Sequence record: LC680885.1
Direction: 5' to 3' (one strand)
Length of the DNA stretch: 64,000 nucleotides
Part shown: positions 17,943-26,932 of the stretch, piece by piece
How the letters are laid out: the number at the start of each line of letters is the position of its first letter
How positions within the stretch are numbered: the stretch's first letter is position 1
Position numbers and translations under genes: made by a program
Notes under the pieces: model-generated
What the model was told of the DNA's origin: nothing
Databases searched by the model: none
What the model saw: only the letters and a program-made list of their open reading frames with translations

Positions 17943-20144
17943 ATGCCAAAAGAAATAGACTTAACTTCAGAAAAATTTAAAGATTATTCATATAACGAAT
18001 TAAACTCAAGAGGTTCACAATTAAAAGATGGTAATTTAGATTTAGAATTTGAATTAGCATCTGTTAAAAAATATTTCTTAGATTCAGTTAATAAGAATGT
18101 AAGATACTTTAAAACATATAAAGAAAAAATTAATTATTTAGTTGATAATGATTATATTGATGGAGACATGATCAGTAATTATGATTTTGAATTTATTAAA
18201 GGATTAATGAAAGAATTAATGGCTTATAAACATAGATTCACTCGTCTATTAGGAGCTAAGAAATTCTATGAACAGTATGCAATGAAAGATGATGCAGGAG
18301 AAATTTTATTAGAACTATATGAAGATAGAATTTTATTTGTAGCTTTATATTTAGCTGATGGTGATGAAGAATTAGCTAGAAATATTGCTAATGAAATTAT
18401 TACAGGTACTTTCCAACCTGCTACACCAACATTCCTTAATGCAGGTAGAGTACGTTCTGGGGAATTAGTAAGTTGTTTCTTATTAACTATGGAAGATTCT
18501 TTATCATCTATTTATAGAAATATTTCTAACGTGGCACAATTAAGTAAACGTGGTGGAGGAATTGGAGTATCTTTAAGTAATTTACGTGCTGACAATGATC
18601 CAATTAAAGGTGTTGAAGGAGCAGCTTCAGGAGTAGTTCCAGTTATGAAAGTATTTGAAGACACATTATCGTATGTAAATCAATTAGGGCAACGTAATGG
18701 TGCGGGTGCACTTTACTTAAATATTTTCCATAAAGATGTAGTAAAATTCTTAGATACTAAGAAAGAAAATGCTGATGAGAAAGTAAGATTAAAAACTATT
18801 TCATTAGGTTTAACAGTTCCAGATAAATATTATCAATTAGTTAAAGAAAATAAATCATTATATACATTTAGTCCATATGATATTAAAAAATATTACGATT
18901 TAGATTTCGATAGTATTGACTTTAATACTTACTATGATATCTTTGTAGATGATAAACGTATTAGCAAAGAGAAAATGTATGCTCGTGATTTAGAAACTAC
19001 TATTAGTAAATTACAACAAGAGTCTGGTTATCCTTATATCATTAATATTGACACTGCTAATAGAGCTAATCCAATTAGTCATGGTACAATTAAAATGAGT
19101 AACTTATGTAGTGAAATTTTACAAGTACAATACCCTTCATTAGTTGACGATAATCAACAATATGTTAAAACAGGAACAGACGTTTCATGTAACTTAGCTT
19201 CAACTATTGTACCTGGTTTAATGAAATCAGAAGACTTTGGTAAATCAGTTGGAACTATGTTAAGAAGTTTAAATTCAGTAGCAGAAAAATCTAATATTGA
19301 AGCTGTACCTACAGTTAAGAAAGCTAATGATCTATTCCATACAGTTGGTTTAGGTGCAATGGGATTACACACTTATTTAGCCGAAAATCATATTCAATAT
19401 GGATCAGAAGAATCTAAAGACTTTACTAATATTTATTTCATGTTATTAAACTATTGGACATTAGTTGAATCAAATAAAATTGCTAAAGAAAAAGATGAAT
19501 CATTCTACTTATTTGATAAAACTGAATATGCTGATGGTTCTTACTTTGATAAACGTTATATTGGTAAAAATATTCAACCACGTACTGAAAAAGTTAAAGA
19601 ACTATTTGAAGATATCTTTATTCCATCTGATAGTGATTGGGAACAATTAAGAAATAATATCGTTATGGATGGTTTATACAATCAAAATAGATTAGCTGTA
19701 GCACCTAATGGTTCTATTGGTTATGTTAGAGAAGTATCACCTTCAATTCACCCTATTGTTGAATTAATTGAAGAACGTGTAGAAGGTAAAACAGGTACTA
19801 CTTTCTATCCAGCACCAGGTATTACACCAGATAACTTTGATTACTTTAAGAAAAATGCTTATCAATTAGATATGAGAGATATGATTGATTTATATTCAGA
19901 AGCTCAATATCATGTAGATCAAGGTATTTCTATGAATATTTATTTAATGAATGAACTTGATCCAGATCTTTATGAATGGAAAAAAGATTCTTTAGATAAA
20001 GAAACTACTACTCGTGATATTAGTAGATTACGTAACTATGCTTACAGTAAAGGTATTAAATCTATGTATTATACTCGTATTTATTCACCAGACCATGATG
20101 AAAATTCTCAAGGTATTGTTGAATGTGAATCTTGCTCTATTTAA
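17943..20144 (+). CDS. nrdE: Class Ib ribonucleotide reductase alpha subunit
   Basis: FQPATPTFLNAG, LVSCFLL, SNLCSEI, SCNL, APNGS, C-terminal CESC; no ATP cone. Confidence 0.97.
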   Translation: MPKEIDLTSEKFKDYSYNELNSRGSQLKDGNLDLEFELASVKKYFLDSVNKNVRYFKTYKEKINYLVDNDYIDGDMISNYDFEFIKGLMKELMAYKHRFTRLLGAKKFYEQYAMKDDAGEILLELYEDRILFVALYLADGDEELARNIANEIITGTFQPATPTFLNAGRVRSGELVSCFLLTMEDSLSSIYRNISNVAQLSKRGGGIGVSLSNLRADNDPIKGVEGAASGVVPVMKVFEDTLSYVNQLGQRNGAGALYLNIFHKDVVKFLDTKKENADEKVRLKTISLGLTVPDKYYQLVKENKSLYTFSPYDIKKYYDLDFDSIDFNTYYDIFVDDKRISKEKMYARDLETTISKLQQESGYPYIINIDTANRANPISHGTIKMSNLCSEILQVQYPSLVDDNQQYVKTGTDVSCNLASTIVPGLMKSEDFGKSVGTMLRSLNSVAEKSNIEAVPTVKKANDLFHTVGLGAMGLHTYLAENHIQYGSEESKDFTNIYFMLLNYWTLVESNKIAKEKDESFYLFDKTEYADGSYFDKRYIGKNIQPRTEKVKELFEDIFIPSDSDWEQLRNNIVMDGLYNQNRLAVAPNGSIGYVREVSPSIHPIVELIEERVEGKTGTTFYPAPGITPDNFDYFKKNAYQLDMRDMIDLYSEAQYHVDQGISMNIYLMNELDPDLYEWKKDSLDKETTTRDISRLRNYAYSKGIKSMYYTRIYSPDHDENSQGIVECESCSI

Positions 20145-20159
20145 TTGGAGGTATTTAAT

Positions 20160-20378
20160 ATGACATTAAAAGAAAAATTTGAAAGTAAATATAGAAATTT
20201 AAATAAAGAACCAGAAATTTTAATTGTAGTAATTAAACTACCAAGCGGAGCTAAGGAAGTAATTTCCAATAGCTCTGACTTGGATAATAAAGTTCATTAT
20301 TACTTAGAAAATTATGATGATCAATTTAGACATGTTAGAGATAGCAATGTACAGATAATTGATTTCGTATTAGTTTAA
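20160..20378 (+). CDS. Small conserved Firmicutes-phage hypothetical protein
   Basis: 72 aa from ATG 20160 (GGAGG at 20146-20151); LPSGAKEVISN...KVHYYLENYD pattern. Confidence 0.7.
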   Translation: MTLKEKFESKYRNLNKEPEILIVVIKLPSGAKEVISNSSDLDNKVHYYLENYDDQFRHVRDSNVQIIDFVLV

Positions 20379-20403
20379 AAATAAAGAAAAAGGATGAAGT
20401 TAA

Positions 20404-21474
20404 ATGGATAGAGGAGATTTCTTAACAAGTTATACAAAAGATAAAGGTTATTATACACCTGTAAATTGGAATAGAGTAGATGATTATGTAGATATTATGA
20501 CATATGACACTTTAGTATCTCAATTTTGGACATCAACACGTATTCCAGTATCTAATGATATTAAAGCTTGGTCTAATACTGATGATTTAACTAAAGGAGT
20601 AGTTAATAAAGTATTTGCTGAATTAACTATTTTAGATACACTTCAATCTCGTGAAGGTTCTGATGCTTTAATGCATAGTGCATTAACTACATTAGAAGAA
20701 GATGTATTAAGAAATATCGGTTTTATGGAATCAATTCATGCTCGTAGTTATAGTACTATTTTTACTACATTATGTACTTCAAAAGAAGTAGATGAAAACT
20801 TTGAATGGGCAGAAAATAATAAATATGTACAAAAGAAAATTAAATTAATAAATGAAGCTTATCAATCTGGAGATATTCTTAAAATTCAAGCAGCTTCAGT
20901 ATTCTTAGAATCATTCTTATTCTATTCAGGTTTCTATACTCCTTTAAGATTAAAAGATAGTCTTAAATCAGTTCTTGAAATCATAAAATTAATCTTAAGA
21001 GATGAGTCTGTTCATGGTTCATATATTGGATATAAATTCAGTAAGAGATTTGAAAAATTAAGTGAAGAAGAAAAAAATGAAACTAAAATGTGGGTAAATA
21101 ACTTACTATTTGAACTTTATCAAGTTGAATGTGAATTCATTGAAGAAGTTTATACTGAAATTGGTTGGGCAGAAGATGTTAAATTATTCGCTCAATATAA
21201 TGCTAATAAAGCTCTATTAAATCTTAAATTAGATCCTATTTTCGAAACTACTGAAGAAGATGTAAACCCTATCGTAATGGCAGGATTAAAAACTTCTACA
21301 GGAAATCATGACTTTTTCTCTCAAGAAGGTAATGGTTATTTATTAGGTAAAGCTGAAAATACTAAAGAAGAAGATTATGATTCAATCGATATTAATGAAC
21401 TTAATAAGAATATCATTGATTCGTATAAAGATAAAGCAGATGATAGATTTAGTCATAGTTACTATATAGATTAA
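20404..21474 (+). CDS. nrdF: Class Ib ribonucleotide reductase beta subunit
   Basis: LDTLQ, MESIHARSY (radical Tyr), LESFLFYSGF, RDESVHG; all dimetal ligands present. Confidence 0.97.
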   Translation: MDRGDFLTSYTKDKGYYTPVNWNRVDDYVDIMTYDTLVSQFWTSTRIPVSNDIKAWSNTDDLTKGVVNKVFAELTILDTLQSREGSDALMHSALTTLEEDVLRNIGFMESIHARSYSTIFTTLCTSKEVDENFEWAENNKYVQKKIKLINEAYQSGDILKIQAASVFLESFLFYSGFYTPLRLKDSLKSVLEIIKLILRDESVHGSYIGYKFSKRFEKLSEEEKNETKMWVNNLLFELYQVECEFIEEVYTEIGWAEDVKLFAQYNANKALLNLKLDPIFETTEEDVNPIVMAGLKTSTGNHDFFSQEGNGYLLGKAENTKEEDYDSIDINELNKNIIDSYKDKADDRFSHSYYID

Positions 21475-21561
21475 TAAAAATTTTATTAAATGATTAACAA
21501 ATATAGTATAATAAAAATAAAAAAGGTAATTTGTTTTTATTATGATTAATTTGCATACATT

Positions 21562-21593
21562 TCCCCTAACATTCTTAATTGATTGTTAGGGGA
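21562..21593 (+). terminator. Intrinsic terminator after nrdF
   Basis: tcccctaaca/tgttagggga stem plus T-run. Confidence 0.75.
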
Positions 21594-21618
21594 TTTTTTA
21601 CGCCAAATTTTGATCTGT

Positions 21619-21630
21619 AACAAAGATATA
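21619..21630 (+). promoter_or_regulatory. Putative late promoter
   Basis: AACAaagataTA 34 nt upstream of ORF 21665. Confidence 0.6.
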
Positions 21631-21664
21631 TTAATTCAATTAATGGGAAAGGAGATAAAATGGA

Positions 21665-22411
21665 TTGAAACTTAAAGAACTTAAAAGAGATGGAAATTCT
21701 ATTATATTCACTGGTGAAATATTAGACATTTACATTCCAAGAGAACAATTCAAAAAAGGTTTATCAGAACATCGTGGTGAGTATATTAACACGTATGGAA
21801 TGTTTCAATTTGAAATAAAAACTGAGAAGCAAGCTGAAGAAGGTAAACAAGGTGTTTTAAGAAAAATGAAATATCCTAACCCTATCGATTTTAACTATGT
21901 AGAGAATTTTAAGTTTGATGGAAAACTGTCAGATAACATGGATTCAATACAGTATGAAGTCTTTAGACTAAGAACCGGATGTCAATTTGTAGCTAATGTT
22001 AATATAGAACAATCAGCTGAAACTGTTAAGAATTTCTTATTCTTATTCCATGCAGGTAAATTACCTACTTTTATAGATTATAATGATATTATTAAACTTC
22101 ATTATGATGTATTGGATAGTAATAAAGTAAACCTTAAATCTAATTCATTAACTTATGAATTGATTATTGCTGAATTATGTAGATATAAAGAAAATGTAGA
22201 AACGCCTTATAGAATAGCTTTAAATAAAAAACAAAATGTTGGTCCTTTAGATTATATTAATTACAATCTTAAAAAATTACCTAACCTTAATTCTACATTT
22301 GCTTCATTCACATTTGAAGGTATGGATGATACTATTGTGACATCTATAGGTAGAACTGCTAAAGGTGGAACAGAAAAACGTTCACCATTAGAAGACGTAA
22401 TGAAATATTAA
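21665..22411 (+). CDS. Probable C-terminal fragment of a phage multisubunit RNA polymerase beta-prime subunit
   Basis: YELIIAELCR resembles RpoC HIEVIVRQMLR; STFASFTFEG...SPLEDVM resembles SFISAASFQE...GLKENVI; late promoter. Confidence 0.5.
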   Translation: MKLKELKRDGNSIIFTGEILDIYIPREQFKKGLSEHRGEYINTYGMFQFEIKTEKQAEEGKQGVLRKMKYPNPIDFNYVENFKFDGKLSDNMDSIQYEVFRLRTGCQFVANVNIEQSAETVKNFLFLFHAGKLPTFIDYNDIIKLHYDVLDSNKVNLKSNSLTYELIIAELCRYKENVETPYRIALNKKQNVGPLDYINYNLKKLPNLNSTFASFTFEGMDDTIVTSIGRTAKGGTEKRSPLEDVMKY

Positions 22412-22434
22412 TATGAAAGGATGAATCTAATAAA

Positions 22435-22629
22435 ATGTTCTGGAAAGTATCAAAGAATCTCTTAAAGTTATCTAGAAGTATTTTAACATTCATTGAACTT
22501 AATTCAAATAAAAAGAAATATCCACCTTATTTAGCTTTTTTAGTATTCCAGAATAGTATAACAATAGATCAAGTTCCTAATGAATTTAAAGAAGAAGTTC
22601 AATATTTATTGGATGAAAGTTTTAAATAA
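22435..22629 (+). CDS. Small protein with XkdX/CD1375-like C-terminus
   Basis: 64 aa; AFLVFQNSITIDQVPNEFKEEVQYLL pattern; AAAGGA RBS. Confidence 0.45.
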   Translation: MFWKVSKNLLKLSRSILTFIELNSNKKKYPPYLAFLVFQNSITIDQVPNEFKEEVQYLLDESFK

Positions 22630-22667
22630 ATTATGATTGGTATCGTTGTATATACTTTTCTAAATTA

Positions 22668-22679
22668 AACATACTATTA
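22668..22679 (+). promoter_or_regulatory. Putative late promoter of the tail sheath gene
   Basis: AACAtactatTA upstream of 22758. Confidence 0.55.
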
Positions 22680-22757
22680 TAAAATTTAATTATAATATAA
22701 AATCTATTGAAATTAATCACATAGATGTAAATATTCGAAAGGAAGGTTACAAAACAT

Positions 22758-25700
22758 ATGGCAGACTTTATGTATCTCCATCCTTCTGTACAAACACAAA
22801 TCAACTCTTATCAAAATAATTACCCTACAGCTGAAGGTCCTGTAACATTATTTGCTGCAGACACTTTTGAAAAAGGTAAAGATGGAGTTATTGATTTTGT
22901 AGGTACTGAAGAAGAATTTATTTTTAAATATGGTGAACCAAACTATACGAAATACGGTCAAGCTGCTTATAACCTCGTGAACTGGTTACGTTCTGGTGGT
23001 CAAGCTTATGTATTACGTGTATTACCTAAAAATGCAACTTACTCTCATGCTATATTAAACGTACAAAGTAGAGTACAAAAAGATGGTAAAAAAGTTTTAA
23101 CGGATGCAAATGAATTAGTTAAAATTGATGATGTTAAAATTCGTCCAACAATTGCATTTGTTAAGAAAAATAATAGAAATATTGAAGAATTAGTTAACGA
23201 AATCACTTTAGATCGTGGTAATGAACAAACAGTAGACGGTTATAATAATAACTTCTTACTTTTAGCTTATCCAAATGGTCGTGGTGAATCTTATAATGAT
23301 TTAGGTATTCGTTTAACTTTAAATACTTCATATGACACTAGTGGTCGTACTGAACGTGTTTATAACTTAGAAGTACTTGAATTTGATGAATTTAGTAATG
23401 TTAATGTAATTGATGGTCCATTCTTAGTTACATTTGACCCAGATTCAATTTCAGATACTGGTGAATCAATGTTCATCGAAGAGGTTGTTAATCGTTATTC
23501 TAAATACGTTAACATCAAATTTAATCTAGAAAACTTCCAAAATCTAGCTAAAGAAATTAATCCTAATGTACATCCTGCAAGCATTGATGTTATTTCTGGT
23601 AAATCTAAAGTTAGTATTGATGGAACTCCTGAGACTTTTTACTCAGAAAAAACTAAACAATCTGAAGACATCCATATCACTTTACACCGTTACAATAATA
23701 AAGGTGTGCCAGTAACTATTAGTGGTAACCCTGTATTGAATAAACCTGATTTTAACGATCCAGTTGAAAATGCATTAATTTCATTAGACAATGGTATGCG
23801 TGAAAAAACTTTCGTTACAGATTCAGATCGTCTTTCTTACATGAGAGATCAATACAAAACTTTACGTTCTGATAGCTTTACTGAATTTAAATCATTATTA
23901 AATAAAATTATTGTACCGGCTAATGGTTTATTTGAAGATGATGCGGGTAGTTTACCTAAGACGATTAAAGACAATTTAGTTTCTGCAAAATTAACTCAAG
24001 AAGATGTAACTGCAGATATCAATGATGAAGAAGCAGTTGAAGAAGAATTAGCTGGAAAATTCAAACCTTCTGAAATTAATTTCGGTGGTAAACCTGCTGG
24101 AGCAGCTGAACGTTTAGTTCAAGATTATAACACTTATTTTGAAGATTCAAATGAAGAAAATCTTTCTGCAGTACTTTCAGGTACAGAAGAAATTGGTTCT
24201 TTATTATTAAACGAATTCTTAGATAACGGTAATAAACTTAACGCTGCTTACGAATTAGTTTATAAATCTAATTCAGGTATTTCTTCAAATCCTAAATATC
24301 AAGCTGATGTTAAAGAATTACGTGATGTATTGGCTCAAAAAGACCAAATCCGTATCTTTGGTATTCAACATAAATCTAATATCTTAGATATTACAAATGA
24401 TATTGCTGAATTACGTATTGGTATGAAATCAGTTACTAACTTAGAAGGTATGTCTAAAGTATTAAATGATACTGAAACAGAATTACGCTATGTAATTGAC
24501 AACTTAATGCCTGCTGTTCGTGAAGGACTTCCTAAAGAAGCAGTTGACTTTATTAACACTGTTCCTGATGGTGATGATGAAGATACAGAACGTGATTTAG
24601 TTTCTCCAGAAGCTATGTTAAACTCATTAGCTGACAAACAAATGTTAGTTGACGATATTAACTTAGGATTAATGGAAGACAATGCCGCTAACCGTGAAGA
24701 AGTATTCGTAGCTTGTAATGAAATCGCTAACCAATTAGTTGATTTAATTAACAGAGCTGTTTCAGTAGCTTCTGTATATAAAGTTGCTCGTGCGGTACGT
24801 ATTGCAGCTAATACAATCTATTATGATATTTCTATCTTCCGTAAAAATATTGATGAAATGATTCAAACTCGTTCTAACTATACAGAAAGAGATATTACAT
24901 TGAATGCTCATCAAAATATTGAATTAGCTGTTGCTAACTTGAATAAAGCTAACTCTAAATACTTCAATACAAATCTTATTGATGTATCTAGTCCAGTTAA
25001 ATTCTTATTCGGTTCTGACGGTGACTTCTCATATGCTGAAGATATTTCATATAAAGAACGTAAAAACTCTGTTAATCGTGAATTAATTAAAGCTTATAAA
25101 GGTTTAATTGATGAAGAAATTACTAACACTAAAGCTTATCCGTTTGATGTTGTTCTTGATGCTCGTTATTCTAACGAAGTTAAGTTCGCTATCTCTGAGT
25201 TAGCTAAAAATGTTCGTAAAGACTTTGTATTCTTAGCTGATACTGTTACTGATCGTTACCCAGTTAGTCCTGAAGATGCAATTAGATGGAGAAAAGAAGA
25301 ATTTGCTGTTTCTTCTGAGTATACAGCTATTTACTCTCAAGATTTAACTTACTATGATGAGTACACTGGTAGAGACATTCGTTTCACACCAACTTATCGT
25401 TTAGCTTCAATGATTCCTTATCAAGCTGTTAACTCTGGTTTACACTTCCCAATTGCAGGACCTAGACGTGGACTAGTTGAAGGACATAAAGCTTTATCTT
25501 GGGCTCCTAATGAACCTTATAAAGAAAAACTTTATACTTCTAAAATTAACTACATTGAAAAAGATATTGATAGAACTAAATTTGGTGCACAAATGACTTC
25601 TATTAAATCTGATGGTCCATTATCTAACTTGAACAACATCTTTACATTAAATCAAATTAAACGTGATGCAGAAACTCTTGTTTCTGATTACCAATTTGAA

Positions 25701-25910
25701 TTAAATGATGATGAAACTCGTTCAATTATGGGTACAGAGTTGAATGCTTATCTTACTCGTTATGTATCTAACCGTAGCTGTGAAACTATTCAAGCTGAAG
25801 TTAGTGCAGATGAATATGATAAATCTCAACGTATTGTACGTGTTAAAATTTCTGTTAAATTCAACAATGTTATTGAACGTATCTTCATTGACATTAATGT
25901 TGAAAAATAA
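22758..25910 (+). CDS. Tail sheath protein
   Basis: 1050 aa; N-terminal HPSV...EEEFIFKYGEP...GGQAYVLRV; C-terminal FELNDDETR...VKISVKFNNVIERIFIDI sheath signatures. Confidence 0.9.
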   Translation: MADFMYLHPSVQTQINSYQNNYPTAEGPVTLFAADTFEKGKDGVIDFVGTEEEFIFKYGEPNYTKYGQAAYNLVNWLRSGGQAYVLRVLPKNATYSHAILNVQSRVQKDGKKVLTDANELVKIDDVKIRPTIAFVKKNNRNIEELVNEITLDRGNEQTVDGYNNNFLLLAYPNGRGESYNDLGIRLTLNTSYDTSGRTERVYNLEVLEFDEFSNVNVIDGPFLVTFDPDSISDTGESMFIEEVVNRYSKYVNIKFNLENFQNLAKEINPNVHPASIDVISGKSKVSIDGTPETFYSEKTKQSEDIHITLHRYNNKGVPVTISGNPVLNKPDFNDPVENALISLDNGMREKTFVTDSDRLSYMRDQYKTLRSDSFTEFKSLLNKIIVPANGLFEDDAGSLPKTIKDNLVSAKLTQEDVTADINDEEAVEEELAGKFKPSEINFGGKPAGAAERLVQDYNTYFEDSNEENLSAVLSGTEEIGSLLLNEFLDNGNKLNAAYELVYKSNSGISSNPKYQADVKELRDVLAQKDQIRIFGIQHKSNILDITNDIAELRIGMKSVTNLEGMSKVLNDTETELRYVIDNLMPAVREGLPKEAVDFINTVPDGDDEDTERDLVSPEAMLNSLADKQMLVDDINLGLMEDNAANREEVFVACNEIANQLVDLINRAVSVASVYKVARAVRIAANTIYYDISIFRKNIDEMIQTRSNYTERDITLNAHQNIELAVANLNKANSKYFNTNLIDVSSPVKFLFGSDGDFSYAEDISYKERKNSVNRELIKAYKGLIDEEITNTKAYPFDVVLDARYSNEVKFAISELAKNVRKDFVFLADTVTDRYPVSPEDAIRWRKEEFAVSSEYTAIYSQDLTYYDEYTGRDIRFTPTYRLASMIPYQAVNSGLHFPIAGPRRGLVEGHKALSWAPNEPYKEKLYTSKINYIEKDIDRTKFGAQMTSIKSDGPLSNLNNIFTLNQIKRDAETLVSDYQFELNDDETRSIMGTELNAYLTRYVSNRSCETIQAEVSADEYDKSQRIVRVKISVKFNNVIERIFIDINVEK

Positions 25911-25918
25911 TTAAACTT

Positions 25919-25952
25919 ATAGGATACGGCTTAATATACAGTCGTATCCTAT
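25919..25952 (+). terminator. Intrinsic terminator after the sheath gene
   Basis: ataggatacggc/gtcgtatcctat stem plus T-run. Confidence 0.75.
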
Positions 25953-26063
25953 TTTATTATATAAATAAAGATCTTATATTAAATTATACGTATGAAGATG
26001 GTATATAAACTTCTATAATATACATTTATGTAAATAAGATTAATGAAAAGGAGAAAATAATAT

Positions 26064-26870
26064 ATGATTTTACCAAGTAAAAATCAGCGTGTGTTTGATA
26101 ATAACATCGCTAAGAACAAGTGGTTCTATAATGGGCATATGAATCTTCAAACTCTTGAGTTTGATCCATTCGTAACTGGTTATTCATTCATAGTATGGAC
26201 TAAGATTCCTTCTTGGGTTGAAAAACAATTCCCTGGTTTTAAAGCTATGACTCAAAAGAACTTTAAATCATTCCAAGGTTTAGAAAACATTGAAATGACT
26301 ACAAACGATTATATGCATACGTTTAACGGTAATAACTATCGTACAGCTGCTAGTATTACAAAAGGAAACACTGGTTTCCAAATGACTCACCAAGAATTCT
26401 CTGGTAGTCCAATTAAAAATATGTATCAATACTGGGTATCTGGTATCCGTGATCCTCGTACTGGTATTGCAACTTATCCTAAAATTCATAATTTAGAATA
26501 TGCTGCTAAAAACCATACAGGTGAATTATTATATATTCAAACTCGTCCGGATGCTAATAATACATCTAAAAATAATATTGAATTCGCTGCTTATTACACT
26601 GCAGTAATGCCTACTCGTATTTCTCTTGATCACCATAACTACACTATGGAAACTCATGAAGAAGCACAAATTGAGCAAGACTTTGCAGGTAATATGGAAA
26701 TTTCAGCACGTGTAAATGACTTTGCTAAGTCTAAACTTAATGAAATTTACAGCTTCACTGAACAAGGTATGTTTGATCCATCTGCACCTAAAACTGCTGG
26801 AGATAACTTATCTGATTTCGACTATAATAAAGGTGGAATCACTGGTTCAGGTAACGGAGATCTTAAATAA
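26064..26870 (+). CDS. Tail tube protein
   Basis: 268 aa directly after the sheath; DPFVTGYSFIVWTKIP and EFSGSPI...YWVSGIRDP motifs; near-consensus promoter TACA-N6-TA at 26021-26032. Confidence 0.75.
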   Translation: MILPSKNQRVFDNNIAKNKWFYNGHMNLQTLEFDPFVTGYSFIVWTKIPSWVEKQFPGFKAMTQKNFKSFQGLENIEMTTNDYMHTFNGNNYRTAASITKGNTGFQMTHQEFSGSPIKNMYQYWVSGIRDPRTGIATYPKIHNLEYAAKNHTGELLYIQTRPDANNTSKNNIEFAAYYTAVMPTRISLDHHNYTMETHEEAQIEQDFAGNMEISARVNDFAKSKLNEIYSFTEQGMFDPSAPKTAGDNLSDFDYNKGGITGSGNGDLK

Positions 26871-26890
26871 TAGATTTTCTCAAATAAAAT

Positions 26891-26920
26891 CCCCTAATAC
26901 TAAATTAATAGTATTAGGGG
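26891..26920. terminator. Bidirectional terminator
   Basis: cccctaatacta/tagtattagggg 12-bp stem between convergent genes. Confidence 0.8.
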
Positions 26921-26932
26921 AATATTTTTGAA

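Noticed and set aside
20404-21474. Metal-free class Ie RNR variant
   Set aside because: All six carboxylate/His ligands and the radical Tyr are present, so it is ordinary class Ib
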